Below, piece after piece: positions 19,435-28,679 of a DNA stretch of 64,000 nucleotides. The DNA is from a virus. Each line of letters begins with the position of its first letter. The first letter of the stretch is position 1. The DNA lies in IMG/VR virus record IMGVR_UViG_3300029985_000017, positions 32,001-96,000 of that record. One strand, written 5' to 3'. The position numbers and the translations under genes were made by a program. The notes under the pieces were generated by a model. It was given only the letters and a program-made list of their open reading frames with translations. It did no database searches and was not told the origin of the DNA.

Positions 19435-20205
19435 ATGTATGGCATCCACACTTCTACCAAAGAACAAATTAATCGAGTAGTTAGCGACTTATTTGACAAG
19501 TCAGCCCTTCGTTTAGTTGGAAGTGTGCCCAAACTTCATAATAAAAGGCATACTCTAATAGGCTTTGAAACTGGTGTAACTTTAGCTAGCCTATTTGTTT
19601 TAGCAATGGGCAATAAGTATCTTAACAATACTGAACAAGATGTACTTAAAGGTATTTTAGAGGGAGCTTATTCTTACATAGATATTCTTAAAAACAAAAC
19701 ATCAAACGATATTACCCAACGCATAGAAGGATTAGCTAGAGAATCCCGTATAAGTGGGGAGAAGATTCCCGAAACTTCGATCAATAAGATCATTCAAGAA
19801 GAGTTGGGAAAAGCCAAATCTGGACTAGAAAGAATTGCAGCTTCAGAAGGCACTAAAACCCGTAATTTTGGCATGCTAATGGATATTACGAGGGCCTCTG
19901 CTACTATTGGCGAAAAAGATCCTATTGTAGGATTTGCTGTAATTAGAGACCATTCCACTTGTGAAAGCTGTATAAAAGTCTGTTTAATGCCAGACAAAGT
20001 TACGCCTAGGCTATTTAGGCTTAGTGAGCTTTCAGCCGGATATTATAAACGCGGAGATACAGTGCCGAGCATTTTAGGACAACATCCTCATTGCAGATGC
20101 ACTATTTTTTATGTTCCTAAGGATTGGGGCTTTGATAAAAAAGGGCATATTACGTTTATTGGTTCTGGACATAATGAGCTAGATAAGCAAAGAGAAGCCG
20201 CTTAA
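19435..20205 (+). CDS. head morphogenesis protein (SPP1 gp7/Mu gpF-like)
   Basis: TCESC and HPHCRC C-terminal signature; located near portal. Confidence 0.75.
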   Translation: MYGIHTSTKEQINRVVSDLFDKSALRLVGSVPKLHNKRHTLIGFETGVTLASLFVLAMGNKYLNNTEQDVLKGILEGAYSYIDILKNKTSNDITQRIEGLARESRISGEKIPETSINKIIQEELGKAKSGLERIAASEGTKTRNFGMLMDITRASATIGEKDPIVGFAVIRDHSTCESCIKVCLMPDKVTPRLFRLSELSAGYYKRGDTVPSILGQHPHCRCTIFYVPKDWGFDKKGHITFIGSGHNELDKQREAA

Positions 20206-20450
20206 GTCTTATCAATCCACCCAGGTAGCCTCCTGCATCTTTGGCATCTTATAAGGGTAACACCTTCCATACCTATTTGATCTTCCCAAGCCCATTTATG
20301 GGGCGGACAAGCCCTTTCTTCTGGAACCTTTTCTGTTTTTGGTTTATCGCCGTCTATCTTCTTATCTAAATGTCTACCTATAATAGTACCAAAAATAAAA
20401 AGCCATGTCACTACTATAAATCCAATGTAAAAATATAGTTGTTTATCCAT
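20202..20450 (-). CDS. membrane-anchored Zn-ribbon protein
   Basis: N-terminal TM helix; CPPH...CQRC. Confidence 0.6.
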   Translation of the reverse strand: MDKQLYFYIGFIVVTWLFIFGTIIGRHLDKKIDGDKPKTEKVPEERACPPHKWAWEDQIGMEGVTLIRCQRCRRLPGWIDKT

Positions 20451-20704
20451 TACTTATTCTTTTGTTGTTCAAACCATTCTTTATCGAACATCCCATCTTT
20501 AGCTTCTACCAACCCATCAATAGGGTCAGGCCTGAATTCCATGCCCTTTTTTTGAGCTACTCTAATCGCACTATTAAATTCTTCAACGGCATATGTCATA
20601 CGTCCATGTGCATACCTACGAGCCATCCACCAAATTTCTTGGATAATGTGTTTATATACTGCACAGTCGGGACATTCTTTTTCTACATGCTTCTTTTTAG
20701 CCAT
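20450..20704 (-). CDS. hypothetical protein
   Basis: 84 aa, AAGGAG SD, TAATG coupling; WMARRYAHGRMTY motif. Confidence 0.65.
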   Translation of the reverse strand: MAKKKHVEKECPDCAVYKHIIQEIWWMARRYAHGRMTYAVEEFNSAIRVAQKKGMEFRPDPIDGLVEAKDGMFDKEWFEQQKNK

Positions 20705-20713
20705 ATTTTCTCC

Positions 20714-21085
20714 TTATACAAATTCGTGCCATGCTTTTTTACGTCTTTTACCAGCTTTTTTAGCCCTATCATAAAAAAGGCTATATTCTAAAACATTTAT
20801 TTTATTAATTGTTAAAATTTGAGAAGCAAAATAATTAGCTTCATCTTCATTTCTTGTTTTTTTAGACCATACCAACCTATTATTTTTATTTAAAGTAAAT
20901 AGGTGACCGGTTTCATGTACTAATGTAAAATACTTTTCTTTATAAGTCATTTTAGGTTTAATAATAATCATAGCCTTAACGCCGTTTGTTTGGGAACAAT
21001 AACCCCAATAATCATAATCACAAACTTCACATCTTCGATGTCCTAACATTTTGGCAAATTCAATATAAAGATATTTATAATTCAT
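20714..21085 (-). CDS. ImmA/IrrE-like HExxH metallopeptidase
   Basis: FTLVHETGH...EDEANYFA. Confidence 0.7.
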   Translation of the reverse strand: MNYKYLYIEFAKMLGHRRCEVCDYDYWGYCSQTNGVKAMIIIKPKMTYKEKYFTLVHETGHLFTLNKNNRLVWSKKTRNEDEANYFASQILTINKINVLEYSLFYDRAKKAGKRRKKAWHEFV

Positions 21086-21408
21086 ATTTTATCCCAAGGT
21101 TTCCATTTTTTACAAAAACGCATATGATCGAATTGAAAATTTCTAGAATGCTTTGCACCGCATTCACAATCTTGTTTTTGTACTATAAAAAGATCCTCAA
21201 AGGCTGGCATATAGACATGATAATTAGGATCGTAAGTTGGTATTTCTGCAAAAGTAATATCGTATTCATTGGGACTGATAGAATTATACATTACCCATTC
21301 CCATTTTTTCTTTTTATACATTATAAGTTTATGAAATTTCATGATATCTTCATACCAAGTTATCTGTACTTTGGGTTCTTTTGTACCAAAATTGAGAGTA
21401 AGTACCAT
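21082..21408 (-). CDS. hypothetical protein with C-terminal Zn-binding motif
   Basis: CECGA...HMRFC; ATGA overlap with downstream gene. Confidence 0.6.
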   Translation of the reverse strand: MVLTLNFGTKEPKVQITWYEDIMKFHKLIMYKKKKWEWVMYNSISPNEYDITFAEIPTYDPNYHVYMPAFEDLFIVQKQDCECGAKHSRNFQFDHMRFCKKWKPWDKI

Positions 21409-21422
21409 ATTATCTCTAAACC

Positions 21423-21430
21423 AATCTTTA
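21423..21430 (+). promoter_or_regulatory. putative late promoter motif AATCTTTA
   Basis: Upstream of the isolated + strand lysin gene. Confidence 0.5.
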
Positions 21431-21473
21431 TAGTAGATTAAACCTATTAATTTAATAAGTCAAGGAATATTTT

Positions 21474-22097
21474 ATGGCAGACTCTTTTTGGGCTAGTTTA
21501 GCTAAAACCTTATTGGAACTATTTATTAACAAAGAAACTGAGAAAAATGGTGAAGTTGCTCCAACTAGCATAGATATTGCAATACCATTTGATAAACCTA
21601 AGGAAGAAGTTCCTGCACCAGTAGAATCTGCTCCTTCAAATATTCTCGATTGGACAAATCCTCACAGTATGATCTCAAAACATTTTTCTGTTAAAGAAGC
21701 GCTTTGGTTACCTTCTTGGCAGGTACTACATATTCCTTCTGAAGATGAAAAAGCTAATATATTAAAACAAGCTGCTAAAATGGACTTAATCAGAGAGTTT
21801 TTGGGAGTTCCTATAAATATTCATTGTTGGATTCGTCCTGTATTAAATAATCCTGCCTCAGAGCATAACGGACAAGACTATAATGCCCTAGTTAAGGGCG
21901 CAAAGAATTCAGCCCATAAGATAGGATTAGCAACAGATTATGATGCTAAGGGATTGAATTGCGATGATGTTAGGGCTAAACTTGAACCCAAATTAGATGA
22001 ATGGGAACTTAGAATGGAAAAAATGCCGGGTGGGAATTGGGTTCACAATGACTGTGCTCCATTGGCTCCAGGTGGCCATAGGTATTTTATTCCCTAA
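21474..22097 (+). CDS. peptidase M15A-family endolysin
   Basis: SKHFSVKE, R...N..V.GAKNSAHKIGLATD, WVHND (Zn ligands H, D, H). Confidence 0.8.
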   Translation: MADSFWASLAKTLLELFINKETEKNGEVAPTSIDIAIPFDKPKEEVPAPVESAPSNILDWTNPHSMISKHFSVKEALWLPSWQVLHIPSEDEKANILKQAAKMDLIREFLGVPINIHCWIRPVLNNPASEHNGQDYNALVKGAKNSAHKIGLATDYDAKGLNCDDVRAKLEPKLDEWELRMEKMPGGNWVHNDCAPLAPGGHRYFIP

Positions 22098-22306
22098 GGA
22101 TTTCCACATTCCGCATAGTAGTCCTGAAATCCTAGTTTATAAAACTTTTTAAGGCAAGGTGCGTCTTTATACTCATGGGGACACCTGTCCTGACAATAGT
22201 ACATTTCCATACGATCGTATGGTACCCAAGGCAACTTCGATCTATTGATCATTTTGGTAGGTGGACAAGCAACAGAAAGAATAAAAGCTGCTAAAATTGG
22301 ATCCAT
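22094..22306 (-). CDS. small exported Cys-rich protein, possible lipoprotein
   Basis: MDPILAAFILSVAC hydrophobic N-terminus plus four further Cys; start 22306 fits upstream TTGACT-16-TAAACT. Confidence 0.5.
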   Translation of the reverse strand: MDPILAAFILSVACPPTKMINRSKLPWVPYDRMEMYYCQDRCPHEYKDAPCLKKFYKLGFQDYYAECGNP

Positions 22307-22343
22307 GCACATAGTTTACATGGATCTAATATAAAGTCAACTA

Positions 22344-24089
22344 TTATTTTTCTTTTTTCTCAATCCAGGAATCTTGACCTTGATCGGTTACCATCTTTTT
22401 TAGAGCTTTTTCAGCTTTTAAAGATTTTCTTAAGCAGATGGTTTGACCAATAACTTGTATCTCAGATTTTGTAAGATTTGGCATAGCTTTTGCCATAAAA
22501 TTTTCAAATTCTTCGCGTTTAGACCATTGTGAGTACTCTTGCTCGGCGCGTTGAAGAAGTTCTGATTTGTCTAGTTTAGGTTTTGGAGCAGATTTAATAC
22601 TCTGCAATCTTTCCTTATGGGCGTCTTTAGCACCTTCCATTGCAATAGTATGGCCAAGTTTATCCCCTTGTTGCTTATACCCAGACGCTCTTTTAATACG
22701 ATTTCCTGCGATTGGATTTAAAGGATCTTCACCCTTACCTAGATCAGGTTTTGGAGCATCTTTAAGTCTTTTAAGATTTTTTTCTGCGATTTGTTTTGCT
22801 CTAACTTTAGACGTTTCTTTTGAACTATCACTAGATTTAGGATTACTTTGATTACGAACATGAGCACCCATATTAGATTGGCCAATTCCACTTTTAATTC
22901 CAGGATTCCAAGCCTTTAATTCTTTTCCAGGAACACCACTAAAGACCGGTTCATTAAGCCTATCAGCTTTTTTCATCTTCTTGTCTAATTCTTCTTTACC
23001 TAAAGCAGCGCCACCCGTAAGTGTTCCAGGGCCAGCCATTCCTGACCCAGCAGACATAGCCTTTGCAAGCTGCGGTCCACCAGGAGCTTTTTTAGGAGCC
23101 ATAGAGACTTTAGGGGCTATAGGACCAAATTTAGGCGGCCCAATAGTGAGGGCAGGAGCCTTCCCTTTTGCAGCTGCCGAAGAGGGATATTTGCTACCAG
23201 GAACTTCAGCTTTGCCCATACCAGCCATCTGTGGAGACGACCTATCGTGCATTTTATGAGACGATATTTGCCCATTACTTACTGCACCCATATAAGCCTT
23301 AGCATGGCTTCCAGCGTCTTGCGGATTTGAGAAAACACCTTTATTACCTTTTAGACCAGCGGGGGCACCATTATGCTTTACATGAAAGGAATCGTCTTCT
23401 TTAGTAACACTAACGGTACCGTGCTCAGGATGGGTAAAGTGCATAGCATTACCCTTTTGTTTACCAGCAGACCATGGAAGGGATTTTTTCATAGGTTCAG
23501 CCTTTTTCAACTCTTCGGATTTTCCGAATAGTTCGATTGTATGAGAAGGTTCAGATTTGAAGATAGAGTCTTCAGCGGATTCTTTGGATTCTGGTCCAGG
23601 AATTAATTCGGCGACACATGTTTTATTGGCCGGGCAATTTGTTATGGTTATTTTTCGTGCAATAGATTTATCAACAATCATACCATTTTTTGAAATTTTA
23701 CTTCCCTCGACGCTGAATCCAACCATAGGATGTTCATTTGGGTGTTCGGCATCGTCCAAAAACAAAGCAGCGCATTCTTTACTAGAATCTTTTTTGTCAT
23801 CAAATAGGCGCCCCATCACATATAAAAATGGAGTTTTACACTTATTCCAATAATATTTATGTCGATCGTTCTCACAATCTTTATCTGAGAATATTTTTTT
23901 ATATTCTAAGATCTTTCCAACTAGTTGATTTGGTTGATCATTTTTATGTTCCCATGTGAATGGGCCGCCTATCAATGAACTACAATCAAGACCGGAGATA
24001 TCGATAATCTCCGAGGAAGTATCTATTGCGGAACTGGAGCCGATTCCATCGATCCAAGAACAAGGTGTTTTTTCTTTTTCTTCAGCCAT
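22344..24089 (-). CDS. prohead maturation protease with long cassette-containing C-terminal region
   Basis: IDTSSEII, WEHK...LVGK, VGFSVEG, ITNCPANK (HK97/XkdF-like His-Ser protease). Likely start MAEEK at 24089, after the upstream gene ends. Confidence 0.8.
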   Translation of the reverse strand: MAEEKEKTPCSWIDGIGSSSAIDTSSEIIDISGLDCSSLIGGPFTWEHKNDQPNQLVGKILEYKKIFSDKDCENDRHKYYWNKCKTPFLYVMGRLFDDKKDSSKECAALFLDDAEHPNEHPMVGFSVEGSKISKNGMIVDKSIARKITITNCPANKTCVAELIPGPESKESAEDSIFKSEPSHTIELFGKSEELKKAEPMKKSLPWSAGKQKGNAMHFTHPEHGTVSVTKEDDSFHVKHNGAPAGLKGNKGVFSNPQDAGSHAKAYMGAVSNGQISSHKMHDRSSPQMAGMGKAEVPGSKYPSSAAAKGKAPALTIGPPKFGPIAPKVSMAPKKAPGGPQLAKAMSAGSGMAGPGTLTGGAALGKEELDKKMKKADRLNEPVFSGVPGKELKAWNPGIKSGIGQSNMGAHVRNQSNPKSSDSSKETSKVRAKQIAEKNLKRLKDAPKPDLGKGEDPLNPIAGNRIKRASGYKQQGDKLGHTIAMEGAKDAHKERLQSIKSAPKPKLDKSELLQRAEQEYSQWSKREEFENFMAKAMPNLTKSEIQVIGQTICLRKSLKAEKALKKMVTDQGQDSWIEKKEK

Positions 24090-24093
24090 AACA

Positions 24094-24101
24094 TAAAGAT
24101 T
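24094..24101 (-). promoter_or_regulatory. putative late promoter motif AATCTTTA
   Basis: 4 nt upstream of the protease ATG on the minus strand. Confidence 0.5.
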
Positions 24102-24120
24102 ATTCTTAGTTTGTTTTAGA

Positions 24121-25239
24121 TTATAAGATACCGATTTCTTTAAGTTTTTTCTTATCCCAAAGTTCTGAATTAGGATGCTCAGATTTAAACCAATCCCATT
24201 TTTCTTGGGCATCTTTTCGCATGTAACCTTTGATTTCTACCCAAATATCTTGATCGGCCAAATAAAGGTCAGGACGATAAGTAGTTAATCTGCCTTTTTC
24301 TGTAGTACAAATGCTGAATGGAACTTCAAAAACCTTAGGCTGCCAATCATAACTTATTTTATTGCTATTCAAATAATCTACAGTTTTGGCTTCGTAAGAA
24401 CCGATACAAACTATTTCCTTATTGGTTTTCCAATGGCATTTAATTTGACAACCATTAGTTGCTTTAGCGTTTTTTAATGCTATCACAGGATCATGCATGA
24501 TGCTAGCTACTCCGTATTTTTTTAAATTCGTATTGGCCTGTTTTTGTCTGACATCTTCGTTTTGTGAAGGATACTCTGTACCAAAGTTCTTAAGAGTAGT
24601 CTCTCTTTTTTTAGCTTTGATTTCTTCGTTACTTGAAATATTTTTAGTCCCATACTTTTTCAAAACTGTCGCATTAGCTTTATTTCTTAAAGCTTTGTTT
24701 TGCATGGGATGTTCTGTTCCATATCTTTCTAAATTTGTTTCTTTAATTTGTTTTTTGACCCTATCGGGATGATTTCTTCCATCCAAAACAGAGCCCACCC
24801 AAGTTTCCCATTCTCCATATTCCTTATCTATAAATTTTGCTTTTTTGCTAGCGCATACATAGGTATTTTCTACAATTTTAATAACATCACCATATAAGTT
24901 ACTAATACGCTTAACAATTTCATTTATAGGAATTTTTCTGTTTGGCACTATTTTTCTGGGTAAAATATCGTATAGTATCCCAAACCTAACAGCGGCTTTA
25001 TAAGCACCACTACTACTTTTTTGAAAATGACTTATTGTTTTGTATTTACGCATTTCTTCCAGAACAGTTTCCTTAGTCCATGGGAAATGAAGGTACCTCA
25101 TGTGGGTACAAATTTCACCCAACCAGCCATTGGCATGAGATATTTGATAAGCACTGCTACTACTTTTTTGAAAAGCCACACGCGTATTGTATTTAAGAGC
25201 TTCTTCTTTACATTTATCAAATGTCCAAATCTGTTTCAT
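24121..25239 (-). CDS. putative homing endonuclease (PD-(D/E)XK) with repeated DNA-binding modules
   Basis: Two WT.E...EE..KY.....FQKSSS.AY repeats; four T.L..YG repeats; C-terminal YRPDLYL...WVEIKG. Confidence 0.75.
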   Translation of the reverse strand: MKQIWTFDKCKEEALKYNTRVAFQKSSSSAYQISHANGWLGEICTHMRYLHFPWTKETVLEEMRKYKTISHFQKSSSGAYKAAVRFGILYDILPRKIVPNRKIPINEIVKRISNLYGDVIKIVENTYVCASKKAKFIDKEYGEWETWVGSVLDGRNHPDRVKKQIKETNLERYGTEHPMQNKALRNKANATVLKKYGTKNISSNEEIKAKKRETTLKNFGTEYPSQNEDVRQKQANTNLKKYGVASIMHDPVIALKNAKATNGCQIKCHWKTNKEIVCIGSYEAKTVDYLNSNKISYDWQPKVFEVPFSICTTEKGRLTTYRPDLYLADQDIWVEIKGYMRKDAQEKWDWFKSEHPNSELWDKKKLKEIGIL

Positions 25240-25303
25240 ACTATAAAAATTACCATACTATATATGTATATGTCAAGATAATTCTATAACTTATTAATAT
25301 TAT

Positions 25304-27070
25304 TCAGAATCTTTCATTGGCTTCATTCACATTAGACATAGGATCATTAGCGTTTTTCATAAATTCATTGTCTGCTCTAGCTTCTGACCTTTCAAATTGA
25401 TCATCCCTAGGAGCTACTACAATGCCTCCCAAAGTACCTAAAACACCAGCAATACTTACGGAATTAGTTAAACTCTCTTCTACTGCTTTTGTAGAGTCGA
25501 ATAGCCCAAGTTCCATGGCATCCCCATAGACTTCATTTTCTACATCGTAAACCAAATCTGGATTACCTATTAGAGTTGTAACCACCTCTTTGATTTCATC
25601 GACATTGTGACCAGAATTATCTAGCAGAATTCTAGGTAGACTCAACAAAGCTTCAGTTAGCACAATTCTTGCTGGATCATCCTCTGAGAGTTTTTCAGCA
25701 AGTTTAATCGCCATATCAATGGCAATCCTAGTTCCACCAGGTAAACAGCCATGCTTAATAGCCGAACGCATAGCCATAGTCGCGTCTTCAATTCTATCAT
25801 GCTTTTCTTTAAGATCTGCACCGGAACCTGCATAAACTGTAAGTTTAGCAATACCACATGTCAATAGAGCAACACGTTCTTGCAACCAGATAGTTTCAGC
25901 TTTAGATTCTGAATTTTTAATCATTTTTTTAAGATCATCAGCACGAACTTCAACATTTAGTGCGTCTGGTTCTCCAACAACAGTAGATCTATACCTATGA
26001 CTTTCAAAATAATCCATACCATGGCCTAGATCATTAATATTAGCACCAGAGAGTTGATCTTTTAATCCGAATACCTTAGCCCCTGTAAAAGCGGCCAAGT
26101 CATATAGGAAAGCTTGTTGTGAATTGGTGAATTGCCTCATAGGAGTTTTAAGAGGCATAATATTGATAGTTGAACTGTTAACAAAATTAAGAACTAGGGT
26201 AGTTAAAACCTGATCTGAAAATCCATGCGCCACAATAATTGTGTTCTTAAAATTTTCATCTCCGCTGGCATATCTTTCGCCAACCTCATTCAAAATAGGA
26301 GTGATTTGAATCAAATCAGTAATCATACCATCAAACAAAATGAACAGTGGTTTTTCAAGATAGGTTCTTTGGTTACCGATATCGTTAATAAAAACATTAC
26401 TGAATTTCCCAAGGTCTTCGTGCCCACTATAGATAGGAAGGCCGTCTACACGATCAATTTTATAACCTTCTTCTCCCGGAAGTTCTTTAATAGTAACGTG
26501 GCTAGAATCACCAAAACCTACAAGTTCAAAACACTCATAAACTTTATTAGCCATTTCTTCATCGCCATTGGCACTAATCTTGCCAACTTTTTTAAGAAGC
26601 TCTTGATTGTCGGCGGTGATTTGAATTGCTCTTTCACGAATATACGGCACTAGGATTTCACTAACTGCTTTTTTAATTTTACGAACAGCTTTTTGAGGAG
26701 AATATTTAGGATTTTCTTTACAATACTCGAAAAGATTTTTAATAAGTTGATGGGCTAGAATTGTGGTTGTAGTCGTTCCATCCCCAGCGCCTTCGCCTAC
26801 GCGCTGAGCGCAATCCCTAGCTGTCTCAATGATAACGTGGTCAATTGAATCAATTGCACCTAGATTGGAGAATACAGAGGTACCATCTTTAGAAACCCTA
26901 TTAGACACTCCAGGAAGATCACTTTCAATCAAAACCGTTTTTCCACCGGGACCGAGAGTGCCTCCAACGATGTCGGCTATCCTACTGGTAATATTAAGAA
27001 CTTTCCTTTTGATAAGTTCACGATCCGAGATAAAGATTTTAGGGGTTGTCTTAGCTTTTCTGTGGGACAT
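25304..27070 (-). CDS. groEL: phage chaperonin GroEL
   Basis: TLGPGG, SKDG, GDGTTT, KHDRIEDA and PGG motifs. Confidence 0.93.
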   Translation of the reverse strand: MSHRKAKTTPKIFISDRELIKRKVLNITSRIADIVGGTLGPGGKTVLIESDLPGVSNRVSKDGTSVFSNLGAIDSIDHVIIETARDCAQRVGEGAGDGTTTTTILAHQLIKNLFEYCKENPKYSPQKAVRKIKKAVSEILVPYIRERAIQITADNQELLKKVGKISANGDEEMANKVYECFELVGFGDSSHVTIKELPGEEGYKIDRVDGLPIYSGHEDLGKFSNVFINDIGNQRTYLEKPLFILFDGMITDLIQITPILNEVGERYASGDENFKNTIIVAHGFSDQVLTTLVLNFVNSSTINIMPLKTPMRQFTNSQQAFLYDLAAFTGAKVFGLKDQLSGANINDLGHGMDYFESHRYRSTVVGEPDALNVEVRADDLKKMIKNSESKAETIWLQERVALLTCGIAKLTVYAGSGADLKEKHDRIEDATMAMRSAIKHGCLPGGTRIAIDMAIKLAEKLSEDDPARIVLTEALLSLPRILLDNSGHNVDEIKEVVTTLIGNPDLVYDVENEVYGDAMELGLFDSTKAVEESLTNSVSIAGVLGTLGGIVVAPRDDQFERSEARADNEFMKNANDPMSNVNEANERF

Positions 27071-27114
27071 TTGAGGATTCTCCTTATCCTTTATATATCA
27101 TAATCAAATAATCC

Positions 27115-27143
27115 TTGACTTTTAATAATATATTTTATATTAT
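27115..27143 (+). promoter_or_regulatory. sigma70-type promoter
   Basis: TTGACT-17-TATTAT, 9 nt before ATG 27153. Confidence 0.7.
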
Positions 27144-27152
27144 ATACAAAAT

Positions 27153-28652
27153 ATGAAACTTACCCTCACTTCCCCCACAAAAGCCTATATCCAGGGAACT
27201 GATGAAGAACTAACTTCTCTTAAGGCACAGCTTTCTTACAAAGATCTTGCTGCTAAGCATGCCCTCAACCGTCTATCTAAAAACTTCTATTTTCGCAATG
27301 CCAGTCCCCTAAAATGGAAATTAGAATGCGATTTACTTTGTGAACAGATCGACCAATGTCTTTTATTTGAGGAAGGTCCACTTAGATATATGCGACCTGG
27401 CAGCATTTCTTATATTGAAGGGTTGACTTTAGAAGTAGATGATCAGATCAAATATGCTACCCCAAAGAAGATCCCATGGGCAAAACCACTTCCATTCTCT
27501 CTCTACAATTACCAACAGGAATCGGTAGATAAGCTTATTGAAGTAAAACACGGCAATGTAGACATTTGTACTGGAGGTGGAAAAACTGCAATAATTCTAA
27601 AGATTTGTAGGGAACTAGGTCTTCCTGCAGTTATTGTTACTCCCAGTTCTAGCATCTTTAATGAAATCCTAAAAAGTGCCGAACTTTATTTGGGTAAAGG
27701 TAAAGTAGGGGCCTATGGAGATGGTAAGAAACGTCTAGGTAAGCTTATTACAGTCGCTATATCTAAATCCTTGGCAATGATTAAGAAAGATAGTCCTGAA
27801 TACGAATTTTTCTCTAAAACCCAAGTCTTTCTTGGAGATGAGTGTCATACCCTACCAGCTGAGACCCTTGAGGCCGTCTGTCATGGTGTTCTTCAGGATG
27901 CCCCATACAGATTCTTTTTTTCTGGGAGCCCCACTAGGGCCGATGGAGCAGAAAAGCTACTACAGAGTATTATAGGCAAAACAGTTGTTAGACTTACTAC
28001 CAAAGAGGCCGTGGAGAAAGGTTTTGTTTCTCCCCATGATTTTAGGATAGTCCAAATAGAATCTAGCAATCCCAATTTCAATTCGCCAGATGTTTTGGAG
28101 CAGAAACGTGAGCATTTCCTACGTAATAAAAATATATGCGCCTTTGTAGCCAAACTATGCAATACCATGGCCTCAAGGGGAGAACAAGTATTGGTTTTAA
28201 CCGAAGAATTGAATCAGCTAGCTATGTTGATCCCTAAACTAATCGTTCCGGTTGCTATAGCCCATAGCGAGAAAAATGCAGCTAGGTTGGCAGAGTTAGG
28301 ACTTGAAAAAGTGGATCCAGCTGAAAGTGTAAAGAAGTTCAACAAAAGAGAGGCCATGGTTTTAGTCGGGACCTCTTGCGTGTCCACTGGCACAAATATT
28401 TACCCTATGACCCATACTGTGAACTGGCAAGGAGGGTCTAGCGAAGTAAAATCTAAGCAAGGAGCCGTAGGACGTAGCGTAAGGCTTCCACAAGCTAACC
28501 CATGGGCAAAGTTATGCGGTCCTAAGGATAGGTGTACTATTTGGGACTTCAATGTAATTGGTCAATACGTGCTAGAAAGGCACTTAGAGGAGCGCCTGAA
28601 AGTTTATCTTGATTCTGGAGAAAATTTGATTAAATTCTTAAAATTTACTTGA
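27153..28652 (+). CDS. superfamily 2 DNA helicase (UvsW-like)
   Basis: YQQE, TGGGKT, DECH, SGSP and QGAVGRSVR motifs. Confidence 0.88.
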   Translation: MKLTLTSPTKAYIQGTDEELTSLKAQLSYKDLAAKHALNRLSKNFYFRNASPLKWKLECDLLCEQIDQCLLFEEGPLRYMRPGSISYIEGLTLEVDDQIKYATPKKIPWAKPLPFSLYNYQQESVDKLIEVKHGNVDICTGGGKTAIILKICRELGLPAVIVTPSSSIFNEILKSAELYLGKGKVGAYGDGKKRLGKLITVAISKSLAMIKKDSPEYEFFSKTQVFLGDECHTLPAETLEAVCHGVLQDAPYRFFFSGSPTRADGAEKLLQSIIGKTVVRLTTKEAVEKGFVSPHDFRIVQIESSNPNFNSPDVLEQKREHFLRNKNICAFVAKLCNTMASRGEQVLVLTEELNQLAMLIPKLIVPVAIAHSEKNAARLAELGLEKVDPAESVKKFNKREAMVLVGTSCVSTGTNIYPMTHTVNWQGGSSEVKSKQGAVGRSVRLPQANPWAKLCGPKDRCTIWDFNVIGQYVLERHLEERLKVYLDSGENLIKFLKFT

Positions 28653-28679
28653 CATATAACCTTATGATATAATAGGTGC

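Noticed and set aside
24090-24212. 41-aa N-terminal extension of the prohead protease in the ORF track
   Set aside because: Overlaps the upstream endonuclease gene; MAEEK at 24089 follows the AATCTTTA motif
28649-28673. Consensus sigma70 promoter TTGACA...TATAAT
   Set aside because: Spacing is only 13 nt; treated as an ATGATATA-class site instead
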